Origin: Trichoplax adhaerens
Taxonomy: Eukaryota > Animalia > Placozoa
NCBI RefSeq assembly: GCF_000150275.1
Contig: NW_002060943.1
Span: 12,843,694 to 12,907,693 of the forward strand
Reading direction: 5' to 3'
DNA: 64,000 bases
The position numbers and the translations under genes are program-made. How positions within the stretch are numbered: the first letter of the stretch is position 1; each line of letters opens with the position of its first letter. Below the pieces are notes generated by a model. The model did no database searches and had not been told where the DNA came from. It saw only the letters and a program-made list of their open reading frames with translations. Of the stretch, positions 36,749-49,620 are shown in pieces.

Positions 36749-39700
36749 TTAGTTAGTGGATACCTCACTTCTAAATGGCAGTAACTGCGGTATAATAGGT
36801 ACAGAAGACTGCGATAATGTTGAAATATTAATAGGTCTCTCTGACGCAAGAAGATTCTTTACTGGCGTTTCAGAAACCGAATTGAAAGAATTTAGCGGGT
36901 TAGAAGAGACAGGATTATTTACATTTACATTAGGTGTAGATCCGGCCGCTGGTGTGGCCATATTTACATTGCCGACTGTTAACGGAGAACTTGTAGATTG
37001 TTGGAGACTTGCTAAAAACTTAGACGGAGTAGATGGGCTTTCGTTGGATACAATCGCTGGTGTTATATCAACGGGATTAGGGTTCCCAAACGTAGGAGTC
37101 TGGGGAAGTGTTGAATTTTCCATTATGGTAGAACTAGATTCCGATTCCAAGAATTTGATAAACAGCTCTGTAAAGGACTGGTACAGGAATAAAATTGTAT
37201 TAGGTAAAAATACACCATTCTCAGATAGATAGAGGATAAACCTTTCAAAGAGCGGCAGTTAAAGGTCTAGAATAGCACAGTAGAAAATAGAAATTACCTG
37301 ATCGCTATTTGGCGCTGCCTGTACTGATTGTTCCTGAGGCTGACTGCTAAATCCTAACCAACTTGTCACCCAACTTCTGTTTGGTGCATTAAGTCCAACC
37401 TTTAAGTAGATCCATTATAGCAATTACAGTTAGACTTATTTACGGTGAATCATTATACGCATCCATAATTATTTTAAAATTATACCTTTGATTTCTCATC
37501 ATCAGTTAATTCTAGTATATTACTCAATACTTTCAGCGCATCGCCCTTTTTGTTATTTGAAACAGTTAGGTAACTGACAAGCATATTCTTTACTAAAATC
37601 CTAGTTAGTTAATTTAAAAGAAACAATATTAACAAACAGAAAAGTTACAATGAAATTTTGATCTTTATATAAGATTTAAGAGAAAATATGTATTTATTCC
37701 ATTATTAAATTTAGTAATAACTTATGTTGAACTTACTTATCAACTCGGGCCTGATTTGAAGTTTGCATCATTTTTAGATGTTTTTTAGCTTCTTGCAGGA
37801 ATGATTCTTTTCTTCTAACTAATTGTCAATTTGATAATTTATCATATTAACCTCTAAGGATACCATATAAGCTATATACAATAAATTATTTTGGTTTATT
37901 CCTCAACGTTAATCAACGTCATTACCTTCATTTGTTAAATTTCGAATTATACTGTCTTTCGTTTTAAGTTGTGCATCGAGTTGTTCAACTTTACTCGCAG
38001 TAAGAATTGTCTGCTCTAATTGATCCTTTACAATAACAAATCATCGCCTTATAAATATCTATTAATATTTAAATCTACAGTCAAGGTAAAGGCTTTTACC
38101 CGAGCATCCTTTTCCTTCCTTTGTAGTTCTTCATTTTCTCGTTTCATCTTCTTTAGCTGTTGCTCTAAAAGCTGCAACTCGGTGGCATTCAAACTGGACT
38201 GATCTAATACGGCAAAGATAATAAAGGAAATAACTAAATTTACTTAAAAATAATACTGCACTCACTTTAGATGTACGAGTACCTCTCTGAAATTGCTCTA
38301 GCACAATTTGCAAATTGTTAAGGGAGAGCTCTCGCTGTTGTAGTTGTTCTTGGGTTAACATAAGTTGATGTAAAGCATTATCACGCTGTACAACAGCTGC
38401 ATCTAACTGCTTCTGTAGACTTTCAATTTGTAGGAATGCTTGACGACTAATAATATACAAATAATTAGTCAACAATAGAACAGCCATGAACAAATAATTG
38501 AAGTAAATCTAAGGCTTTAGTGATCGCACGTTTGCAGGAGTTATCATAAGATAATAGCACGTATAATTATTTACTATATATACAACGGATACCTATTATT
38601 TTGAGCTAAACTGGTACTATTTAACATTTGAGCTTGTGCTGACGATAACTGTTGATATAGCGCTTCCTCTGTGCTTTTTGCCTTCAGTGCTTCCTGTGTG
38701 TATGACTCTTCAATCTACCATAACAAATGTCAATAGTCATTTAATGATAAATTAGAAGATATACCCACTAAAAATAAAGTCAACTAAAATTGCAAAAATG
38801 ATAGCTAATGACAATATAACAGAGCATACCTGAACTAAGTGCTGTCGAAGTCGTTCAAGTTCTGTTTGGTGTTTCTGCTCATTTGTAGCTAATTTATTAA
38901 GTAATCCTTCGTTTTCTATCCTCATGGCACTTATATCATTATCATATTTCTTAACAACGTACTCTAATTGAGTTATGGTGCTTTGTTTGATTGAAGCATC
39001 TTCTTGAAGTTTCAATGAGTCCGACTGAAGCTTACTAATCGTATCTTTATCAACCCCAATTATATTTGTCAATTTATGAACTTCTGATTGCAAAGAACTA
39101 ACTTCCCGCTGTCGCTCCATCACTGTTTGTAGAAGTTGATTACGTTCGTCATCTAAATCTTGTAATTTCTTCTTTAACTGATTATTTTCATTCGTAGCAT
39201 CAGAATTATTTTCATGATTCACAAATGTAGCCTGTTGAATTTCATTAACACGTTTAGCCATATCATTGCGCTCAATTTGAAGTCTTTCAATTTCTTCAAC
39301 AAGATTGTTCCTTTCTTGCTTCACTTTGCTAATTTCTATATCCTTCTGCATCACCAACTGTTGATAATCATTTTTATGAAGCTCTTTGATTTCCATTAAT
39401 TTAGAATTGTGATTTTGAGATTCCAATTGTAATTGCTTCACTTGAGCTTGCATGCCTTCATTCCGTATTTCTGCCTGTCGTACTTCTTCTGTTAGAGCTT
39501 GATTAGCACTTTGTAGTTGTACTTTCTCATTTTCAAGATTTTTTATTGTGCTTCTTTGATTTTGTACTTCTTCTTTTAATTCCTCACTCTCACTTGAAAC
39601 TTTAAAGTTAGCTTTGGCGTCGCTAAGTAATTTCGCATTTTCACTTCGTAAAGAATCTATTTCTACTGCTATTTGTCGATTAGAATCTTCACTGGCTTTT

Positions 39701-42700
39701 AATGTATCTGTTAAGGTTTGAATTTCGTCTTCAAGCTGAACTTTAGTATTATCTAAAGACTCAATAGTGTTACGTTTCTTCAGTATCTCCATTTCGAGTG
39801 TATCCTTCTCTTTTGATATCTTGCTATAATTGATATTAGCGCCTTGTAACTGTTCAGTAAGCTCGGTTATTTTAGCGTCGGTAGATTTCGTTAAATTCAC
39901 TTTTAATTCTTCATATTCAGTCAATTTACTATTCAAAGTTTCAATTTCTTCGCGAAGATGTTCTATTTCCATTAGTAACTGTTCTTTTTCATCATTCCCT
40001 TCAATAACTTGCCTATTGGCAACTTTTAGCTGTTCATAATTGGCAATTAAAGACCTATTTTCTTGATTTAAGGCATCATTCGCATTTTTCAATGCTTTTA
40101 ATTTGGTTCTACTATCCAGTAATGCATTTTCCAAACTTTCTTTTTCTAATTCCCAATTACTTAGTACTTCTTCAGACAAAGAAGCTGATGAAGATAATCC
40201 TAGCATCTACATAAATCATAAAATAAAATTTAGAGTATTGATAAAAAAATGGGAAACATAGATATGGATATTAAGCGAATTACCTGATCTTGCAAGGATT
40301 GAATATTGCCCGTTAAGGTTTCATTTCCTGCCTTGAGATTTTCCATAACTAAATGCAGCTCATCGTTCTTTACTTTTTCGCTGGCCAACTGATCTTCCGA
40401 AATTTTTAATTGTTCATGTAATGAACGACTTTCAGATTTTAACTCTTCCAATAAGTGAGTATGTTTTTGATCGCTTGAGATCTTGTTTTCCAGTGAGGAA
40501 TCTCTTTCTTCAGTTAGTGCTAAGAGTTGAGATTCCAGACTAAGTATTTTCTTTTCATACGTTTGATTCTTTTCTTCTACACTTTGATCGCGTAACTTGT
40601 GGTCTTGTTGATTCTGCAATATTTCCATAGAAAGAGAGTCTTTCATTTTAGTTAATTCCTCCACTTTTTCCTCTAGTTCACGTTTCTGCTGTTCACTCTT
40701 TGTTGAAGCCATTTGGAATTTGTCTCTTTCTTTGGTAATGTTTTGTATCAATTTGTTTAAATTAGAAGTTTTATCCTCATAATCTTGCTTAACTTTTTCT
40801 ATTTCATTATACTCAGTCGTCAAAGTAGACCATTGTTCTTTCAAATTCTTCAGCTCTGATTTGCACTCTTCCAATTGGATGTTCGCATCAGCTAATCTTT
40901 TTTCCGTAGTCATTAATTCTTCAATTGTAAATGATGTCTGGGTTAGTGTATCGGTATATTCTGTAGATAGTTTATTTCTACTAGACTCCAACTGTTCGTT
41001 CTGTCCTTTAATTTGCTCTTCCAATGCTACTATTTTTTTCCTAGATTTATCTTGATATTGCGTCAATTTAAGATTAAGTGCTTTTAGTTTATATTTTAAA
41101 GCCTCGGTTTCCTTACTAGTAGTTGCAGATGCTTTTTTCTCACGCTCCAGTTGAGCTTTGGTTTCTTCAAGGCATTTCAGGCTTTCTTCATATTTAGCAG
41201 TTATTTCTGTTAAATTGTCTTGTAATCGTTTGTTGTTGGAAACATTGATATCGTCAGTAATAACTAAATCTTTATTAATATCTTCGCCGTCCAATGAATC
41301 TTGAGATTGTGGTAAATTTTGTTGTCGCTTTACCTTTTGAACACCATCCTGCAGCCGTTGAAGGTGCTCAAAAACTTCGATATTATCTCCTGTATTCATA
41401 GATTTTAAATTTGACTGTAGACGTGATAGTCTCTTTGATATTTCACTAATACTTTCATTCAAATCTCCTTCGTTATCGTGAGTACTTTCTTCTGTCTTCG
41501 AATCGCTTTGTATCAACGATTCAACTAAGTGATGTGAAGAAGCGTATAAAATGTTGTTAATATACGCTATTATCAGAGTTGATAACATAATCAATAAGTA
41601 TTAGCAATAAAAATCTATGACCTAAATTTTTAGTAATTTAGTTGATCAAAGAACTAATTTGATTTGTGGATCTTGCATTGAAAGCAAAACGAGAGACGCT
41701 CTGGAAAGTCTTACCTTGGGTAGAATTTTGAATTTGTTCTTTTAGAAGTTTAATTGTCTCAGCATCATCTAAGCGAGATTCATTCAAGGCGTTAGTTTCC
41801 TCTTTATGCTTCTGCATTACAGCGCGTATCCTCTCATTATGAACTTGTTCTAGAGCTACCATTTCACGATTATGGTCATCTATTTCTTTGCTTAATTGCG
41901 ATTTCAGATCCTGTTAAAGTAAAGATTAGGTCATGTAGGTGTGTTAAGAACATATCTACGCCATGGTAAAAAATTCTATTCTACTGAAATCTATGACAAT
42001 GATTTCATCAATAATGCATGCCTGAATAATGTTGTGCAAAGGTTCCAAATCAGCATTATCAGCGATAGGCTTGCTCTTCTTTTTCTCCTATATTAATTAA
42101 AGTTACATTTGCTGTTAGTACAATTTTTATATCCACTAATACATCAACTTTGGTAATTAATCAATGTCCACGTCTTAAGTAAATCTTGACTGTTGTCCCG
42201 TACGCTGTGTCGAAGATAACTTACTTCATCGGCAATATGTCTCCATCGATCGCGTTCAACTTGCATCTTCGAGAATTCCATTGATAATCTATTAATCTCT
42301 CTTTGACATGAAATTATATCAGTAAAGTCAACAGTTTCCGGAAACGTTAGACCGGTAGATGTATTGGGCATATTTAGGGTAACTTGTCTTTGCTGCTCCA
42401 TCGAAGCCTTGTCAACTAAGGCAGCATCTATAAGTTGCTGTTTCTCCAACATTTCTTCGTTCTGTTGCTTAAGACTCTTCAGTTGATTCTATTCGACAAA
42501 TTTCATATCAATTTAAAACATTTCAAATGTAAACAGCTGTGCCATATTAACATTATATGAATAGAATACGCACATGTCAATACTAGAGACATTGTTTGTA
42601 TACAAAATGTAAAATTCGTATAGTTAGATCTACAGTATTAAGATTAACCAATATAAATGATACTGCTTAAAAAGTATCACATAAGGACCTTAAATGACTG

Positions 42701-45700
42701 AAATAATGATTGTATTATTTATGACAACAAATTGATTATTCTTTAACACGTAGACAATAATAGCTTTGTGTCAATCAAGGAGCGCTTATGATGTTTACCT
42801 CTTTTTCTAGTAAAAGTTGTCGATATTCTCGTGATATACTTGATATTTGCAATTCAGCAGCTTCAGAGCGCTCTTCCATTTCATTTTGATGCCTTTTCAA
42901 TCTTTCATACTAGATATTGAACGCTCTTAATTAATAAAAGTAAAATTGTGCCAGGAGAATATTATCTGTGCCATTCATTGGTAGAACTGCACTACAACAA
43001 TTGTACTCGTATTCATGAATTTTGTTAACCTTCTAGTAAAATTAATAATTAGGCATCGACTTTTAAAATGTACGGTTCAGTAGATTAATTTTTTTTCTAT
43101 TCATGTTTTCATGTTTGAGCTCATACACTGCATCAAGACCAGTAATCACTATTTTGAGTTTTAAGGCTTAACACATTGACACATATTGTGTATAAATTGC
43201 TCTTTAGGCCTGACGATTATTAAATGTATGACACAGGTACTAAATAATTTTAAAATAGTGAAATTGATTTCATTGGTTAAGGTTGGTGATATCATTTACA
43301 CCTTTAACATTAATTTTATTACCTCTTCCTTATGTTGCTGTGCATCAGCTTCTAATTGTGTAATGAGATTTCTAGCAATTTGCAGCTCAGTAAGATGATC
43401 TACATTTAAATATAAGACCACAGTCGGAAAGATGACCATTAGCTAATTCAATTATTTTATTACAAGGATAAAGTCGCACTCAATGTATATCAAGATATGT
43501 GACACTAAAGAGCTCTTCGATACCGGATATCCCCCCACAATACCATCGTTCACAATTAGCGAAAGATATGCATCGACTACGGGTTATCCAAAGAGGGATA
43601 AGATGGTTTTTATATCGTAAACACTTTACACAAACTGCCGTCTTATTCTATTTCATCTGTATTATGGTCAATCAAACGAGGCTATTAGTGTCTATTTACT
43701 ATACCGATAAGTATGAGACAGACATTGGATACTTGATTAATCACAGCTACTTTAACATCTCTGTTCAGTTAAGTCATAAAATATTATGCAAAGATTTGTT
43801 TCCATCTCTACATGTATTTCATTTTCAACTTCAAACATGTTTTGTCGTGATAGCTCCAACAGGATATAACACTATCATCGGCATACGATCATCTTTACTT
43901 GGTTAACGCCATACATTTAAATTATTTCTTGTATCATTGCGGCGATTTAATATAGTCTGCGTATCAACAATGTATATCCAAGAGGACTAAATTAATGTCG
44001 TCTAACTTTACTAGCAAGAAAAAATAAATTGTATTTCGATTCCGTTAGCCGGTTTCTATAACATGTTGAGATCTTATGGTAGTATTGGAAAATTATTTAC
44101 TGGATCGATAAGTATGATGCTTACAACGTTCTCTCTCACGATGAGTATGACCATTGCCACTACCCGTCATTATCTAGAGTGGTATATGAATTATTTATTT
44201 TACATTTATATCAGTATTTCATTTACAGTAGCAGCTTTTTCTAGTTCCATGACAGCAATACTATTCTTGTCATGGCAATCTATTATGTGTGTCTACCATG
44301 AACGTTGGAGAGGATTGCTTTGATTATCCGACCCGATTCATTGCAAACTGTAGCCTCCATGTTCTGTATTTTATCTATATCATGGTCTATCCTGAGAGAT
44401 TATTAAAGCATCATTGATAAGCTATAAAGTATGGATGATACCCATTCCCTCCAAGCAGTAATATTACGACACTCATTATTATTCCATGTCTATCTATATC
44501 CAATCATCAACAGTCAAAGCTGAATTATTTTAGACATCTATTGTAATTCCAATTATAATAGAAATTATACATCTAGTTCCATCATACTAGAGACATGGTG
44601 TGATCCTTCTATCATTACCGAAGTTGTCCATGATATGCATCCACTATGGATGCCCGAGAGGATTACAATAATCGTCTTACCTTATTCATTTCAATCTAAC
44701 TGTAGCCTTTTCACAGTCTTTTAACCATATCAACATCGATCGTAGTACGACATTAAAATATCATTGATTGACTGCATGCATAAGTAGGACCAAGACGCCC
44801 TTCTATGACTAGGATAACGATCACTATTGCTCTACAGTATATCTTGAATATACCATTAACAACCATACTAGACGAATTATTCTACATTTCTACACGTATT
44901 TCAATATCACTGTAGTCTTTACATCATCCAACTCGTATACCCATATCAAGCTCATCGTATTACAACATTAGAGTATGATTCATTCAGCCGGTGGATCAAT
45001 AAGATCCAACACGCTCTTCCATCACTAGAATGACGATCATCATTGCTGTACAGTATGTCTTTAAATATCTCGTCAACAGTCAAAGTAAACGAATTCGATA
45101 ACTACTGTACATTTCTAGGCATATTTCAATGGAACTACAGTACATCCTTTTCTTAATCTATATCATCCTCTACGACGATCGAGTTGGATTCATTAACCCT
45201 ATCGACAAGGAGGACCACTACACTCTTCTATCTATCCAATGACAATCATCATTCCTGTATATCTTTAACATGCCAATTACTGTGGTACTACACGAATGAT
45301 TCTACCCTTTGACACCTATTTCATTTACAAACATCGTCTAACATGGCTGGAAAGGCGTAGTCATGTTATCCAACTGTGGGTAACCGTATCAGTCGTTTGA
45401 CAGAGACAGGAATGGAATTATGGTCATAATGTATTCTGGTTTTGTACCCATTCTAATCTATTTTCCATTTATACAAGGATTCCTTTTGAAAAGAGTCTGT
45501 TCTGACTGCACTAGAATCGAGTTATCATAATATCCTACTGGTGTTATTAAATTGTCAACCATCCTCTTGCTCTCCAATGGCGATTTCATTGAATTTGCTG
45601 TACCTTGAGGGATAATCGTTGATTGCACATGGGAATCATTGGGCCAATCCAACTACTCCATGGATGATTTTAGCCCGTTGATTTCATCCTCATGCTATTG

Positions 45701-45900
45701 CACTCTCCCGTCTATTGGTCATTGATCGATTGGCATTTCTCGCATCGATCTTGTGTATCCAATGGCTCCATTTTTATTGTGGTTACTAAGCAATGGAAAG
45801 ACTTACCTGGAATCTCTTGTGTTCCTTCGACCAAGACATCTTTAGTAAAGTTGGAAATTTGATCGGTGATATTATTAAAACTGCCAGTAAACCACGCCAT
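36749..45900 (-). CDS. TRIP11: Golgin GMAP-210 / thyroid receptor-interacting protein 11 (multi-exon; a tiny last exon ending ~36553 is possible)
   Basis: Exon 1 (45900-45807) reads MAWFTGSFNNITDQISNFTKDVLVEGTQEI, the ALPS-like N-terminus. EMEERSEAAELQI and long coiled-coil exons follow (40230-41594, 38752-40206), then ELERLRQHL, NLQIVLEQFQ, the GRAB domain (VDKILVKNMLVSYL...ALKVLSNILEL) and the GA1 motif SFTELFIKFLESES. Confidence 0.92.
44300..45330. repeat. Degenerate ~215-bp tandem repeat in TRIP11 intron 1
   Basis: 'ttc.at.actag.at.acgatca..attgct.tacagtat.tctt.aatat...t.aaca..ca.a.ta.acgaatt' recurs at ~44800, 45015 and 45225. Confidence 0.65.
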
Positions 45901-46080
45901 AATGGCGCTACAGTGGTCTCACTTGGTGATAATTGGCTTGGAAATAAATAAATACCAATAACCAATTCAAGAAGGGGAAAAATAACCAGCAAAAACGAAG
46001 CAAATTCACCAACTAAGAGATGGTCCAAGTTGAACTATTTAAGCGTCCATTGGCCTCTTTGTTACGTCATTTTGCCCGCT

Positions 46081-47031
46081 GACCGGACTGTCCACAACGA
46101 TCCGTCTGTCGGCTGAGCTGACCAAGATTGATGCGTCCCCGGTGGTGACTTGGCCTATGGTTTGCCAGGTCGTCACGCTGTCACTTCTGTCTGTCAAAGG
46201 GATTTCTACTCAGTGTACTGTAGATCAAGAGGGAAATGAAGTGACTGAAACAGTCGATGAAAGTAATACTATAGTAATAAAAAAGTCGTTAACCGTGGAT
46301 AGTAGTCGACAGGGTGATGTTGATGTGGCCAGTCTATTAGCGAGAATGGATGGCATGGATTTGTCGAGAATGTCGACAATAAGCAAACAGAAACAACATG
46401 GACGAATGAATAGCGTCTTGACAACTTGAAACACATGCTGTATTGTCAGCACTTGCAGCTTCTACAAGTCAACATTAGTTTAGGTCGAGTAGGTTGCTGG
46501 ACGTGAATGAAATTCACTTTAAAGCGATCGCTGGAACTTGTCACGCTGTCACTTCTGTCTGTAAAAGGGACTTGTGTATTGTGTACTCACTGTACTGTAC
46601 ACTGTACACTGTACAGTATTGTACGGACCGGACTGTCCGCAACGATCCGTCTGTCGGCCGAGCTGACTATGGTTTGCCAGGTCGTCACGCTGTCACTTCT
46701 GTCTGTCAAAGGGATTTCTACTCAGTGTACTGTAGATCAAGAGGGAAATGAAGTGACTGAAACAGTCGATGAAAGTGATACTATAGTAATAAAAAAGTCG
46801 TTAACCGTGGATAGTAGTGGACAGGGTGATGTTGATGTGGCCAGTCTATTAGCGAGAATGGATGGCGTGGATTTGTCGAGAATGTCGACAATAAGCAAAC
46901 AGAAACAACATGGACGAATGAATAGCGTCTTGACAACTTGAAACACATGTTGTATCGTCTGCTTTTGCAGCTTCTACAAGTCAACATTAGTTTAGGTCGA
47001 GTGGGTTGATGGACGTGAACGAATTTCACTT
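46081..47031. repeat. Recent near-identical tandem duplication (period 512 bp over the core) between TRIP11 and the C14orf119-like gene
   Basis: 'tcaagagggaaatgaagtgactg' occurs at 46225 and 46737. About 400 bp are shared with few substitutions. Confidence 0.93.
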
Positions 47032-47234
47032 TAGAGTACAGTGCAAGGAAAAGCGATCGTTGGAACTTGGAATATGGCTTGTCCGTCTGTCCATTTGCAA
47101 TGGTATCAAGTCTGGAAAGAGTAGTTCTAACGATAGAGCTTAGTGCAGGACTGTTCATAGTCGGTAGACCAACTTCGGTTTACCAATGTAGTCAAGGCCA
47201 GCGTTATTGATAATATAATGTTTAATGTTATAGG

Positions 47235-47570
47235 TCATTTCATCATGGCCAATCGGCCGTAGTCAGAACCAAGTTAGTTTGCTTTCTCATACTACCGTAA
47301 ATACATGTGTAAAATAGATGTCATATTATTTCTTGGTGTTATAGTGGAAACAACACTGAAGTGAATGACATCTGTTTTACATCTAGATGTACGGTGTACA
47401 GTAAGTCATTTCATCATGGCCGATCGGCCGTAGTCAGAACCAAGTTAGTTTGCTTTCTCATACAGTACTACCTTACACACATGCGCAAAATAGATGTCAT
47501 ATTATTTCTTGCTGTTTTAGTAGAAACAATGTTTAATCGAATGACATCTGTTTTACATCGAGGTGTACAG
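47235..47570. repeat. ~170-bp tandem duplication
   Basis: 'gtcatttcatcatggcc.atcggccgtagtcagaaccaagttagtttgctttctcatac' occurs at ~47235 and ~47405. Confidence 0.9.
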
Positions 47571-47923
47571 TGCACAGTGTACACGGCACAGTACAGCACA
47601 GTACAGTACAGTTCATTTCATCATACAGTACTGTACAGTACTGTAGCCCATGGACCGTACAGTACAGCTACAGTAAAAAGATTCTAGACTTAGTACTGTA
47701 GACTCTACTTACAAGCAGCTATGCAACCAGCACAGCTGGCGATTGCAGATTGCAGAAACCTGCAAGCATCGTTGACATATTGACTTTGCTCCTACGCCAT
47801 CTTCGCGCTTTTCTCAGCTGTTTAAAGCGTCTTATTGATTTTATGGAGGTTTACTAAGTCAATCATGACAGCTACCTTGTCTGTTATTGGTGAATTGATT
47901 GGTGAATAACTGTTGGGTGAGTC

Positions 47924-48250
47924 ATGGAGGACGCAGTCCAATGCCCACAATCGGAGAACATCAACTTCGCTTTGAGAGCATACCAGCAATGGGACCATCA
48001 AAACAGATTACTCTTCTTAACATCATTTCATACCAAGTGCTGCCAATGCAGTGTGATTGAAATGTTAAGTCAAAGCTTTGAAGGGCTAGCCAGCGCACCC
48101 AAGTTACCGGATACTTTTTTCCAAGTGGATGTAGAATGGATCATCAATCAATGGGAAGGATGGAATGAAGAAGATCGATCACAATTTATAACGGCCATTC
48201 GCTGCATCGATCAGCCGCTATTTAGACTGGTATTTCAATGCCAGCAATAG
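47924..48250 (+). CDS. C14orf119: C14orf119-like (DUF4508) small protein, intronless
   Basis: Two W...R..F repeats (QQWDHQNRLLFL; QWEGWNEEDRSQFI) separated by L..S.EGL...P..F. This matches my recollection of the human C14orf119 pattern (NWSGPQRERFL...FRGWAEQERNEFV). Confidence 0.75.
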   Translation: MEDAVQCPQSENINFALRAYQQWDHQNRLLFLTSFHTKCCQCSVIEMLSQSFEGLASAPKLPDTFFQVDVEWIINQWEGWNEEDRSQFITAIRCIDQPLFRLVFQCQQ

Positions 48251-49620
48251 CGCTCGTACACTGTACTTAATCTTCCCTTTAAAGTTATTTTATATCTTTC
48301 TTGCTATAGCATCATTAGCATCGCTTACAAGGCTTCTTTACTATATGCCAATTTTCATCAATGATGTCCATGCTGAGAACTGAATGAAGCATGATACAAG
48401 GTTCATCAATCATTTTTTCTACTTTGACGCGTGTATCACACCTTCTTCGTCGTTTCTTAAACTATAGTGGATGCGATTGTTGCGATACATTAACTCAGCA
48501 ATACCTCGTATGATCGTTATTAAGATGCTCGTTGTGACAGAGATGTTGACCTTGATATGGCAAAGTTATTTTCCACCATGCTAGATTCCAATCCACGCTA
48601 GGGTACTCATTTATAGTCATATTGCTTCAAAACTTGGACATGGTTATAATTGTCATTCCAATTCTGTACGACTGCCACGAAACCTTAGCAGATATTGGCT
48701 TGGAGGCTCCTTTGGTAATGGTTGATGTGATCAACTTTAAATTGCCACTTAATGAAGAATATTACAATACTCTGTTCAAATTAGTTTTCGTAAAGTTTGA
48801 AACTTTCCTAGGATTCGTAATTTTAAAAAATCGAATCTAATAATTTATTCTTTTAACTGCAATAAACAGAATCTCTAACAGGTGTAAAATAATTGAATCT
48901 GTGAAACTGTACCATTGCAGTATCAAATGCAATGTAATCCTAATTTGTCATTCCAATTCCTGGACCAAATATACTAACGGCCATGCAGACCAATACCAGC
49001 ATTATTTACATTTCATTCATACTATTTGTTTTCGTTCGTTGGATAACCTTGTAGGGGTGCTTAAATTTCTTTTAATCATGAAAAATAGTCTTACAGTTAA
49101 TTATCTCTGTAAAGACCTGAAATTCATAACCTCAATAGATGTTCAATAATTTTAAATAAATTGCAATATGTCCTGTTCTAGATAGGGTCATTTTACTAAT
49201 GAAATATCTCCGATCTCGAATCTCGCGCAATTTAGTAGTATATTAATAAAACTCTGGATGTATCTGACATCTATCCTTCGTGTGATGGATCTAGTACTAT
49301 TACTCAATCATTGCGTTATCAGGTGTATTATGGGTAAACTCCAAATCGTGCATCATTCCTTCCAGTTTCAACAAGGTAAATAATAAGCCGCACAAGAAAG
49401 AAAGTAGCTACAGTAGTTCATGCAGCTTTGGACAACAAGAAACCCTTTATAAGCCTACAGCAAAATAAATCTACCCCTTCCAAGTATGATCTATGAGCCT
49501 TACAATACTGGATTAAAACGCGCAAATTTTTTTATTTAATATACGCAATGTACAGTATATTATCATACATGATAGCTGTCGATATGTATACAAAAATATG
49601 TATGTAACGATGTAGTCATT

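Noticed and set aside
36756-37232. 158-aa plus-strand ORF
   Set aside because: Antisense shadow of the S/T/P-rich TRIP11 3' exon.
46142-46941. Duplicated ~90-aa ORFs as tandem small secreted proteins
   Set aside because: The three differences I can see between copies in the shared ORF are all non-synonymous (N/D, R/G, M/V), and there is no recognisable domain.
48300-49500. Possible extra small gene between the C14orf119-like gene and UTP4
   Set aside because: Candidate exons could not be joined into an open frame.
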